A stretch of 64,000 nt of DNA from Actinomycetes bacterium (GCA_021822605.1 JAKAQL010000009.1:39-64038); one strand, 5' to 3'; numbered from the stretch's first letter, positions 9,823 through 19,169 are shown. Notes: a model not told the origin generated them from the letters alone. Program-made: numbers and translations.

Positions 9823-10980
9823 ATGGCCAAAGGTTCTGTCACCGAGGTAAAGCCTGGAACGTACCGTCTCCGTGTTGACGCTGGTCCCGATCCAGCCACC
9901 GGCAAACGCCGACAAGTCTCAAAAGTCATCCACGGAGGCAAGCGAGAAGCTGACCGAGCCTTGCGTCAACTCATCAACGAAGTCGAGTCTGGCATTGAAC
10001 AAAACTCTAAACAAACCATCGCCGATCTCACTGGCGAGTGGCTCGAACAAAAACGGAGAACCCTCTCTCCAAAGTCAATCGAGTACTACGAAGAAGCCCT
10101 TCGGATCTATCTCCTTCCAGCTCTTGGGACCCGAAAGGTCTCAACCCTCACCGCCCGAGATCTCGATGGACTCTATCGAGCCTTAGAGGTCAAGGGAGTG
10201 AGTCCCTATGGGATCCGCAAGGCCCATGCCACCATCAGAGCAGCACTCTCTCAGGCCGTGAAGTGGCAGATGGTCTCCTCAAACGTCGCCCTTCAGGCCT
10301 CCCCTCCCTCGCTTCCCAAACGCAACCCTCGTTCCATGAGTCCAGAGGAGGTAGCTGCCATCATCGAGCAAACCTCGAAAGACTACGGGACAACCCTTGC
10401 ACGCTTCTTTACTCTGGCTGCTCTCACCGGAGCAAGAAGGGGAGAGATCCTTGGTCTTCGTGTCAGTGACCTCGACACCGAGACCAAGCGTCTTCGCATC
10501 ACGAGATCGGTGATCGCCACCAAGGGCAAAGCCTTCGTCAAGTCAACCAAGACCGGACAGATGCGGTTCGTCTCCCTCGATGAGACCTCACTGCAGATCC
10601 TCTCGTCCGAGATCGCCGATCAAGTGGAGCGTGCTCGCCAAGGTAGCTTTCTCCGAGTTGAAGACCCCTACATCTTTGCCTCAGATCCAACCGGGACGAC
10701 TAGCTTGCACCCTGATTGGCCAAGTCATGTCTTTGGTGCGGTCACCAAGACACTCGCACTCCCGAATCACCTTCATGAACTCCGACACTTCTCAGCCACC
10801 CAGCTCATCAGTGCCGGGGTTGATCTTCGCACCGTAGCCGGCAGACTCGGTCATGCCGATCCCGGGATCACCATGCGGATCTATGCCCACGTGGTGGAGG
10901 CCAAGGACCGTGAGGCTGCTGACATTATGGGCCGAGTTCTTCACACGTCCTCTCGAGGCGGGACAACAGCGGGCTCCTAA
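9823..10980 (+). CDS. int: tyrosine recombinase / phage-type integrase
   Basis: An SAM-like N-domain is followed by catalytic residues in 'GARRGEILGL', 'HELRHF' and 'GRLGHADPGITMRIYAHV'. The start is ATG 9823 (MAKGSV...) or 9808. The track start 9616 overlaps gltD and the tRNA and is rejected. Confidence 0.9.
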   Translation: MAKGSVTEVKPGTYRLRVDAGPDPATGKRRQVSKVIHGGKREADRALRQLINEVESGIEQNSKQTIADLTGEWLEQKRRTLSPKSIEYYEEALRIYLLPALGTRKVSTLTARDLDGLYRALEVKGVSPYGIRKAHATIRAALSQAVKWQMVSSNVALQASPPSLPKRNPRSMSPEEVAAIIEQTSKDYGTTLARFFTLAALTGARRGEILGLRVSDLDTETKRLRITRSVIATKGKAFVKSTKTGQMRFVSLDETSLQILSSEIADQVERARQGSFLRVEDPYIFASDPTGTTSLHPDWPSHVFGAVTKTLALPNHLHELRHFSATQLISAGVDLRTVAGRLGHADPGITMRIYAHVVEAKDREAADIMGRVLHTSSRGGTTAGS

Positions 10981-12991
10981 CCCTCGATTGGAGGGGCCAT
11001 GCCCCAAGGATCTCCAGTTCAGAGGCTGGTGGTGAAGGGAAGAGTGTAGTCCACGGTTAGCACATGGGGTGGTTGAGACGCCTAGAAGCAGATCCGCGCC
11101 AATAGGCCGAACTGGGATTCCTGCAACACTGAACTCCAGTCGGGTGAGCGCTCGCCACCGAGGCCACGCCACATCATACTACCGTCGGTGAGGCTCGGCT
11201 GGATGTCGCCAAAGGATGACGGTCGACCCGCCGTTCACACTGTGCGCCAGGAGGGCTACTGCCGCAGCGGGCCAGGCGAAGGTGCAGGAGCGCTCCGGAA
11301 ATCGCCGTGTATCACCCTCTATTAAATAGCTCGGCCGCTTCCAGGCCAGGCTCCAACAGCGTTCGTCGGTGATAGGACTGTCTCCACCCAAACGAAATAA
11401 GGGACTGATCACCACGGTCCCCGCACCCTGCGACATCTCGGTGGTTCTTCTGATGCGTGGATCCTGCACGCCGTTGAAGAGTCGACAACCGTTAACTTCC
11501 AAGAGCATCCGTCGGATTTGGCGCAATGGAACGCCGTGCCGATGCAGATTGACGCGTAAGTCCCTCCTGTTGTGCCGTCCGAGGTTTGGCCTGAGGAACC
11601 TGGGTCCCAGAGAAGCCAAGGGCCCACACTCGGCCGGGTGTTATCCCTCGATTAAAGGGGACTTTGTCGTGATCCCGAGGTGCTAGCCCACCACTATTCG
11701 GGAGTGTTTGTTCTGCCCATCGTCTCAATTGCGGCGTGACAGGCTTGGTACCGCTATTTGTGAACTCGCCATGATCCGATTCGATACCGCGAGTTGCGCA
11801 TCCAGGGTCACGTTTCCACCTTCCCGGCAGCGGTTGCCCGTCCTAGCTGCGCCTCATCGAGGCGATCACCGGTTTCGCAGATTGAGCTCGGGCCAGATCG
11901 CCACCGGCAAGTCGCCCAGCAATTTTGCGTGGTGACGAGGGTCCGAGTTATGGATCTCGCCCGAGGTTAAGTTGGCGAGACCGACGCCGTCGTCGACGCG
12001 CTGTCGCACCACCGTGGTAACGCCATTCCAATCCCTGTGATGGGGCGCTCCAAGGTGTGGTCTATGTCGGCCGGAACTCCGAATCCGCCGCCTATCTCAG
12101 AAAGAACGAGGTTGCGTGGAAGCGCCGCACGGAGAGCGTGCAGCGCATCAATAGCGCGGTCCTCACACAAGTCATAACCAGTCAGAACTGCTGCAACAAC
12201 CTAAACGATTGCGAGGTCAGCCCTCATGTCCTCGCTAACCGGTGGGGTAAATGGGCGCTGGGTGAGGGCATAGCGGCCGGGTGTCCTCGCGCTCATCGTC
12301 TGTATGTATGCTCAAACCATTGCGAGTTCCGCGGGGGCTAAACGGTAGTGCGATCGCAAGTACGACGGCGCTGCTTCGAATATCACCACCCGCGTTGTGC
12401 CGTCGACGAAGACAATAACACCTCTGGCTCGACACCACGTGCCACCCTCGCTCTATTGACATCAACAGCACCTGTGGATGCTGTTGGCTGCCACTAGCCT
12501 CAGGATAAGTGTTTCGTGGATCTACGATCATTACTCCTCGCCGATCTATCTCAACCTCCTAGTTGATCAGTGGCTAGTTCATAGTTTGGAACTATGCATC
12601 TCAAAAAGAACAACTTGGCTCCGAGGCGTGCGGGTCTAGCTAGGCAACGCCTAATCTCGCCCATTAAGAATGACCGTCAGTGAGTTGTAAAGAGGACCGT
12701 TGTTTTGGTGGTTCACCCTCGAGCGCAAATGACGATGAAGTTCCAACCGAGGGTAGCAAGGTACACCACCAGTAGACCGATCGGGCGTTCGCAGTCCTGT
12801 GTGCTCGCTGGCACGCATTCCCACTGGCCACTGGAAGGCCCCGTTGTCAGCTACGCAACATCTAAGGAAACACTCTCAGCACCTTCGCCAGCGTCAAGTA
12901 CTACGACGCTTAGTGAGCGTACTGGGTCTCGATCCAGTTGATGCTCTGTGCGACTTTGCACTTGTCGCCCGAGGGGGAGGCAAGCGGGTCC

Positions 12992-15900
12992 CTAAGACCC
13001 AACGGTAATATCATAGTTGGCTAGCGGTGCTCCGTTGTAGTCGAGGTTCACGGCTATCATTGCGTCGGGCGTAGAAGAGGTTAGCTCACCGCTGAGTAAC
13101 CCAGATGAGCTGACAGACAGCCCGTTACCACTGGCTGATGAAAAGGTATACCCCGTGCCTTGAGATGATGGGACCGCTAGCTGGATTTGAAATGGCTCAT
13201 TGAGGTTCTCTGTGAATTGGGTGTTGACAAGTGACGGTACTTGAAACGCAAGAGGGCTCACTGCGTAGGACTGCTGGACTCCGGAAGTTACGATAAACAA
13301 TACGCCGAATGGGCTTACATATGGCGAGGTGAACGCGCTTGTCGTGCTCAAAACGCCACTGGACGACAGGCTTACTGGCCCCGACTGGGAATTCTCCATC
13401 GTCCATTGATAGGTGCCAATACCTCCACTCGCTTCGATTGGAACGGGTAGGCCAGGGTAGATTTGAACCGGCACCGAGGACGCGTCGATTTGCAATGTAG
13501 GGTCAATAACTATGGTCTCATACCCCAATGCATGGGCACCGCTTGGGTCCATGACAAGCACCTGAATATCAGACTCCGCTTCTGGAACGCTCCCGCTTAT
13601 CTGCCCACCGGACGAGATGGTGAGCGTAGAGGGATCTGAGGCTGTCGCCATAAGCGTGTAGCCGCTTCCGTATCTACTGCTCGTCGTTATTTGGCCGCTG
13701 ACGACGTATGGACCACTGGAGCCAGTGGATGCCAAAAACGTTGAGGACTCGAGTGGAGGGGGCTGCATGTTGACGGTGATCGGGAACGTCTGTACGGTCA
13801 CGCCGGTGGCGGCATTGACCTCACGCATCTGTAACACAGTGTCAGGTTCTTGACTGCCGAGATTCGCGATGTTGCTAGTGAGTACTCCTGACGACGACAA
13901 GGACAGCCAACTGGGGAGGGAGGATGAGGTTGACCATACGTATGATTTACCTATTAGTCCTTCGAGCTGAATCGATTGCCTCGGGGAGATGGGAATCGCA
14001 TTTGCAAAAGGCACTACGGCAAAGACGTCAGGGTAGAGCGCCTCAGTCTCTTGACCTATCTCCTCCCCGATCGCATTCATGATGAGGACATGAACGTCTG
14101 GACTTGATGCCGGAACGGTTCCGCTTATTTGCCCGCTGGGCGAGATGAAGAGTGTGGAGGGATCTTCGTCGGTTTTGGCAAAGGTGTAGCCTGTTCCGTA
14201 TTGGCTGCTGATCGATAGCTGGCTGTTCACGACGTACGAAGTGTCATCGTCGTTGACGGCAAAGGTTGATGACTCGAGTGGAGGGGGTTGCAGAACTACA
14301 TTGATAGGGGCACTAATACCAAACGAGGACCCGACGACTTGGATTTCAGGCGTGGCATAGGGTGCCTGGCTTCCGAGATTCGCGATGTTGCTAGTGAGCA
14401 CTCCTGACGACGACAAGGACAGCCAACTGGGGAGGGAACTAGCTGCCCATGTACCAGTACCGTAACTGCTCGTTAACTGAATCGATTGCCCTGGATAGAT
14501 GGTGACTGTGCTTGCCGAGGGTATTTGGAATTGTTCCTCGGTGTATATCGCAAGAGTATCTTGCCCTAATGCATGGGCACCGCTTGGGTCCATGACGAGC
14601 ACCTGGATGTCAGGCTCTACCCCTGGAACGGTTCCGCTTATCTGCCCACTGGGCGATATCGACAATGCAGCTGGGGCTTTATGAACCGTTACGAAGGTGT
14701 AGCCCGTTCCGTATTGGCTGCTGACCGATAGTTGGCCGTCCGCCGTATACGAACCACTGGAACCAGAGGCGTTCAAGGTGGCATTCTCTAGTGGGGGAGG
14801 TTCTAGCACAACGTTGATAGTGGCACTGCCGGAACCTCCATCGCCGGAAGCCGAGACATTGATAAATGCGTCCGGCAACTCATCTCCGAGATTCGCGATG
14901 TTGCTAGTGAGTGCTCCTGACGACGACAAGGACAGCCAACTGGGCAACGACTGGGCAGTCCAGGTGTAGGTGCTCGCACCACCAATCGCCTTGAGCTGGA
15001 CACTTTGGTTGGGAAGTAGTTGAATTTCTGCGTCGTCGATCGTAATGGTTGGCCCTTGAGGAGGCTGTTGGCCACCTCCGCCGCCTAAACCAGGATTTGG
15101 TGGCACTACTGGCTGAAGTGGCGGAATGATGGTTTTGAGTGGATGAGGCGTGGGAATGATGAATGCCTTGTGTTGCTGGCCGACAGGAACGTTGGGAACG
15201 CTTGGAGCACCCGCGACAGAGAATACCTGACCGTTGCCAAGGACCGCGTACCCTCCAGGCCCATACGGGTTATTGGTTACTTCGGTTATCTGTGCTGGCA
15301 AGGAACCAGTAGCTTGCACGTACTGCACGTTGGCAACGACAGAACCGTTTTGAGGGGTTCCAAACTGATATTCCGTACCATCCGCAGTCACCAGTGAAAA
15401 CTCGTGACCAGACGTGGATGATAGTGCGCCAACAACTGGTGCGGTGAGAGGTTTTGAACCTTTCAGGCCGGTTATCCCGAGGTCATAGGTTGAACCAAGG
15501 AACGGCGCTGAGCCAAAGTTAAACACACCCCCGTCGGCTGCAAAGAGCCAGTAGCCCTGACCGTCTGGCTCAGGGAGCATGCTCACGATCGGGGCATCGA
15601 GAGGTTTTGAACCTTTCAGGCCGGTGATCCCGAGGTCATAGGTTGAACCAAGGAACGGCGCTGAGCCAAAGTTAAACACACCCCCGTCGGCTGCAAAGAG
15701 CCAGTAGCCTGTTCCTTCAGGGTCCGCCACGATGCCGACGATCGGCCCGTTCAGCGGTCGCGCACCCGAGAGTCCAGTAATCCCGTCGGTGTAGGTGTCA
15801 CCGTAGTACTTGGCATCACCGAAGGCATAGACGTGACCAGATTTTGTGACGATCCAATAACCTCCACCCTGAGGCGTCGCAGCAGCAGCCACAACGGTAT

Positions 15901-16099
15901 GAGAACCCTCAACGGAACCAAAGGTCTGCGCGCCATTCACACCAACGACTGTGCCGGCCGGGGAGATAACAATGAGCCCTTGCGAGTTGGACTGGTTTGT
16001 TGAAGTGCTAGCGTACGCGCTCGGGGTTGCCATGATGACAGGAACCGTCATCAACCCGCCACTGAGGACCAAGGACAGGATTGGCTTCTTGAATTTCAT
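12992..16099 (-). CDS. secreted multi-repeat protein (signal peptide, propeller-like GYW/DGGVFxFG repeats, P/G linker, 4-5 Ig-like 'LPSWLSLSSSG' modules)
   Basis: GGAGG lies upstream of the ATG. The N-terminus 'MKFKKPILSLVLSGGLMTVPVIMATPSAYAS' is signal-like. There are repeated 'GYWLFAADGGVFNFGSAPFLGSTYDLGITGLKGSKPL' units and a linker 'PPNPGLGGGGGQQPPQGP'. After that come about 170-aa modules with 'SLPSWLSLSSSG(A/V)LTSNIANLG ... SPSGQISGTVP', which resemble putative-Ig (He_PIG-like) motifs. Confidence 0.85.
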   Translation of the reverse strand: MKFKKPILSLVLSGGLMTVPVIMATPSAYASTSTNQSNSQGLIVISPAGTVVGVNGAQTFGSVEGSHTVVAAAATPQGGGYWIVTKSGHVYAFGDAKYYGDTYTDGITGLSGARPLNGPIVGIVADPEGTGYWLFAADGGVFNFGSAPFLGSTYDLGITGLKGSKPLDAPIVSMLPEPDGQGYWLFAADGGVFNFGSAPFLGSTYDLGITGLKGSKPLTAPVVGALSSTSGHEFSLVTADGTEYQFGTPQNGSVVANVQYVQATGSLPAQITEVTNNPYGPGGYAVLGNGQVFSVAGAPSVPNVPVGQQHKAFIIPTPHPLKTIIPPLQPVVPPNPGLGGGGGQQPPQGPTITIDDAEIQLLPNQSVQLKAIGGASTYTWTAQSLPSWLSLSSSGALTSNIANLGDELPDAFINVSASGDGGSGSATINVVLEPPPLENATLNASGSSGSYTADGQLSVSSQYGTGYTFVTVHKAPAALSISPSGQISGTVPGVEPDIQVLVMDPSGAHALGQDTLAIYTEEQFQIPSASTVTIYPGQSIQLTSSYGTGTWAASSLPSWLSLSSSGVLTSNIANLGSQAPYATPEIQVVGSSFGISAPINVVLQPPPLESSTFAVNDDDTSYVVNSQLSISSQYGTGYTFAKTDEDPSTLFISPSGQISGTVPASSPDVHVLIMNAIGEEIGQETEALYPDVFAVVPFANAIPISPRQSIQLEGLIGKSYVWSTSSSLPSWLSLSSSGVLTSNIANLGSQEPDTVLQMREVNAATGVTVQTFPITVNMQPPPLESSTFLASTGSSGPYVVSGQITTSSRYGSGYTLMATASDPSTLTISSGGQISGSVPEAESDIQVLVMDPSGAHALGYETIVIDPTLQIDASSVPVQIYPGLPVPIEASGGIGTYQWTMENSQSGPVSLSSSGVLSTTSAFTSPYVSPFGVLFIVTSGVQQSYAVSPLAFQVPSLVNTQFTENLNEPFQIQLAVPSSQGTGYTFSSASGNGLSVSSSGLLSGELTSSTPDAMIAVNLDYNGAPLANYDITVGS
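13857..14945. repeat. three near-identical ~60-65-bp intragenic copies (13857-13921, 14373-14436, 14886-14945), period ~515 bp
   Basis: CCGAGATTCGCGATGTTGCTAGTGAG(T/C)(A/G)CTCCTGACGACGACAAGGACAGCCAACTGGG recurs three times. It encodes the 'PSWLSLSSSGVLTSNIANLG' motif on the minus strand. Confidence 0.85.
15448..15709. repeat. tandem duplication, two 109-bp copies with 1 mismatch (15448-15556, 15601-15709), 153-bp period
   Basis: GAGGTTTTGAACCTTTCAGGCCGGT(T/G)ATCCCGAGGTCATAGGTTGAACCAAGGAACGGCGCTGAGCCAAAGTTAAACACACCCCCGTCGGCTGCAAAGAGCCAGTAGCC is seen twice. This is a 51-aa blade duplication. Confidence 0.9.
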
Positions 16100-16556
16100 T
16101 GAGTAGTTACCTCCGGGTCATTGACGTCGCTGCTCGTTGATTGCAGTGATGTATCGGACGCACACTGGGCATATGTAACTGTAAATTGCTTTCCTGGGCC
16201 TGACTTTTCCTCAACGCTCACGACGATGGCTCTTTACCAACGCCGCTTGAGGTGGTTTGAACTCTCTGCCTGCTCAGCGAGTTCGGAGGGCCTACCTCCA
16301 TCATGGGTAGAGCACGGTTCATGGTGGCGACCTTCTACATCGTCATCACTTTCCTTTCAGGACGCGAGGCGAGTGGCGGGAGGGAGCCTCCCCCTCCCGC
16401 TCTCACAGGGCCGGACGTGAACCTCTCGACTCATCCGGCCCCCACAGGTCGGTTGCTAGGAACGCGGGAGCAGTTGCCAGTGGGCGAAGAGGTTCGGCTG
16501 ATGCTGGCGAACAGCTTCGAGCCATAACCATGCCCTGGCACGACTACGGATCAGAA

Positions 16557-16588
16557 GGTTGGGAGTTCGAATCTCTCCGAGCGCGCCA
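16557..16588 (+). repeat. attR core: 32-bp direct repeat (orphan tRNA-Arg 3' fragment)
   Basis: Identical to 9708-9739. The extended fragment 16542-16575 equals the reverse complement of 1-34 (tRNA-Arg-ACG anticodon arm + T-arm). Confidence 0.85.
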
Positions 16589-16814
16589 TAGAATACCAGT
16601 TCATTGCCGGTGTCCACTGAGCAGCTGGAAGCCCGATTTGCGTTTGTGACACGATTGAAAGTGCTCGCGGTATGGGACTCGCCCCCTAGGTCTCAGGATC
16701 AGCGTGTGCTGTTTGGTGTCGTGGAGATACTCGGCTAGTTCTTGTACACTAGTTAGTGTTAGCACTTCAGTTGTCAAGTTTGCAGAGTGCTCCCTAGTTG
16801 TTCCGAGTACTTCG

Positions 16815-17966
16815 TCATCTCTCCACTTCCGACTGTAGGCGTTCAGTCATCCAAGAGAGGATTGCGATGAGTTCCTGCCGTGCAGGTTGCTCGATGAACA
16901 AAGCAAGCGGAAGATTCGGACGTAGGCTGGATTTGGTTTCGTCAATCGAGACGCCCGGGATCTGGTTAAATTTACGGATTACCTCTCGCCGAGAGTCGTC
17001 CTCTTGGAACGCTGGGGAGTGTCTCACGTATTGAAGGTCGATCTCGATACTCCCCGACGACCACATTGACGCGAAGACATAATAACTCGATGGTGGCCCC
17101 GCGGCGAAGATCATCGAGCCGTCTCTCTTGCCGTTCCCATATGTCACTCTGACACCTTGGACTCGTGCCCACTCAAGGATGTCGCGACAGAGTGTGGTGC
17201 AAGCGGGATCGCTGCGTTCGTAGAGGTCGGCGAAGAAATGCTCCTCGTCCCATTGACGCTTTGGAGCCGCTGGTGTTTCACTCTTGTTCGCAATGGCACG
17301 AGTGGTATTGCCGATGAGTTTGGGAACGATGACCTTTACTCCAGGGAGCTGATCGGCACTCACGTACTGGGGTAACTCAACGGCGTAGACTTCGGTGAGT
17401 CGGAGGTGCTCGTTCAAGAATTCAACGAGACGGACCAGTGAGTCTGGAATCGAGTCTGCGACAAAGACACACCGTACCCGACCTGACCGAAGATTTTCGT
17501 CGACTCTCGACCAGAAGTTCTCTGGGCTGAGTTCTGTCTCGTCTAAGAACTCCAACAACCGCTGGTTCGGATCCCCCTCCTGGGAGTTGAACCACCCTTG
17601 TAGGGTGCCTGGTTGCCAGTAGAGGGTGGCATTGGCAACGTAGTCGAGCATCTGGGCTACTACCTCACGACGGACCCTGGTGTCACTTGCACGCTTGACC
17701 TCGACAAAAGTTGGGGTTGCGAATTGATCGACGAGAATATGGTCAATAGACCACCAATCTGAGCCTCCATCCTCTCTTGGTATTCCTGCCTCTCGTTGAA
17801 CTAAGAGCCAACGGATGGAAAGAGCGTCTGTGCTATCACCCATTCCAGGGATGAGTTCTGGGTGATCACTGATGAGCTGTTGGAGCTGCGCCTCGCGATC
17901 GTGGCTGTTCTTTTGCACCGAGGTAAGTTTGCCGTCTGATCCAATGATGAAGATTGGCTCGTCCAT
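16815..17966 (-). CDS. PD-(D/E)xK nuclease-like protein (NucS/DUF91-like N-terminal region + unknown C-terminal domain)
   Basis: AAGGA RBS. 'WSIDHILVDQFATPTFVEVKRASD...REVVAQMLDYV' fits a D...E-x-K restriction-endonuclease-fold core followed by the (G/A)Q-x-x-x-Y helix seen in NucS-like proteins. I do not recognise the C-terminal ~170 aa. Confidence 0.6.
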   Translation of the reverse strand: MDEPIFIIGSDGKLTSVQKNSHDREAQLQQLISDHPELIPGMGDSTDALSIRWLLVQREAGIPREDGGSDWWSIDHILVDQFATPTFVEVKRASDTRVRREVVAQMLDYVANATLYWQPGTLQGWFNSQEGDPNQRLLEFLDETELSPENFWSRVDENLRSGRVRCVFVADSIPDSLVRLVEFLNEHLRLTEVYAVELPQYVSADQLPGVKVIVPKLIGNTTRAIANKSETPAAPKRQWDEEHFFADLYERSDPACTTLCRDILEWARVQGVRVTYGNGKRDGSMIFAAGPPSSYYVFASMWSSGSIEIDLQYVRHSPAFQEDDSRREVIRKFNQIPGVSIDETKSSLRPNLPLALFIEQPARQELIAILSWMTERLQSEVER

Positions 17967-18329
17967 GTCAGTTCCTTCTGAGTGCTCTAGGACTTAGCAG
18001 CATTGCTCTCTGCGCTCAGTTCCGAAATTTATCTGTACAGCCCGAGTCTACTGTTGTCGATCCGAGAGGAAATGTACCGCTGTCAGGTCAGGTTGTCGGA
18101 AGTCAATGATCGAGACCCGAATCCTTGACTTCCCAAAGGCCGACCTACAGCCTGGTCGTCACGACAAGAGCCCGGTCGTCCCAGCCCAAGCATCTGGTTG
18201 ACAAGAATCAAGTTGAAACTACTCACGATGCGTGACGAGCGATCCTAACGAAAATGGCGGTATGAGGTGCAGCTCGGGCACCCTTGGCTAGACTACTATA
18301 CCGGCCATTGGGCACCCGAAGTGAATGTT

Positions 18330-18590
18330 TTAGATGACCGACGTCGGTGTGGTTGTCGTTGAGGATCTACTACTAGAGGTTCCGCTCGACGGGCACGTTG
18401 TGTGCGTTGTCGACGTCGTTGCTTGCGTGGTTGAGGCCGGAGACGAAATCGCAAGGTTTGCCGATGACAGCGAGGCCGTTGTCGTCGCTGTCGGTGCGAA
18501 CGCTATTGAGAGTCCGAAACCTCCGCCGATTAGTCCGGCGGAGGCGGCAGCGACCGCCGCGACCCTTCGGCCGGTTTTTGTCAGATGCAT
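18330..18590 (-). CDS. small secreted Ser/Thr-rich protein (hypothetical)
   Basis: An internal ATG at 18590 gives 'MHLTKTGRRVAAVAAASAGLIGGGFGLSIAFA', which is signal-like, followed by a T/S-rich tail. The upstream part of the 155-aa ORF looks non-coding. Confidence 0.3.
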   Translation of the reverse strand: MHLTKTGRRVAAVAAASAGLIGGGFGLSIAFAPTATTTASLSSANLAISSPASTTQATTSTTHTTCPSSGTSSSRSSTTTTPTSVI

Positions 18591-19169
18591 TGTCCTGGTT
18601 CTCCTTGTTCTCTGTTGTTTGGTCAGGCGGTTGCCTGACTGGCGACAGTCTCGTCGGTCATCCTCGGCGGCCACTGTGATTTGGCCAATAGACAGCTGCG
18701 CACCACAGGTCAGTTCGCTGCCCCAGCATTGACCTGAGGGACACCTCCTTCGCGGGATGAGCTCGTGTCGACGCATTCGCTGCTTGCCGAGGTCCACCCA
18801 GGTCGAAGAGAACCTCGAGTAATGGCGAACACCGTCAGGGTGGCGGGATCACGAATTGGATGAATGCTCGAGGGGCTCTGGTATCTCGTGTCATGGTGAT
18901 GGCGGTCTGTGGCGAGACCAAGTCTGGGACTGGGAGGCTTCGTGTTTGGCAAAGACACCCGGCTTGAGGTTTCCTCTCCCCCAGTGGCTCTCACTCGGAA
19001 TGAACTAGAAACTCTATCGTCACGGGCCGATATGGCTCTGTGGAATGTGTGCATTGGGCTAGGACGTATTCTGGTTTGTCGGGAGGAATTCTTGTTGGAA
19101 GCATGTTTCGGGACATTGAGATTGGAGCCGGCTGTTGAATACCCCTTACGATCATCGTTAAAACAGATC

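Larger units (their letters stand above)
9708..16588. mobile_element. tRNA-Arg-integrated genomic island (integrase + degenerate DNA + giant secreted repeat protein)
   Basis: A perfect 32-bp direct repeat lies at both ends. A tyrosine recombinase gene follows the tRNA directly. The right-hand repeat is a tRNA 3' fragment with no 5' half. Confidence 0.8.

Noticed and set aside
13857-15709. Regularly spaced near-identical DNA repeats that could superficially suggest a CRISPR-like array.
   Set aside because: The periods (153 bp and ~515 bp) and lengths (60-109 bp) are wrong for CRISPR. The repeats also lie in frame within one long ORF, where they encode repeated protein modules.
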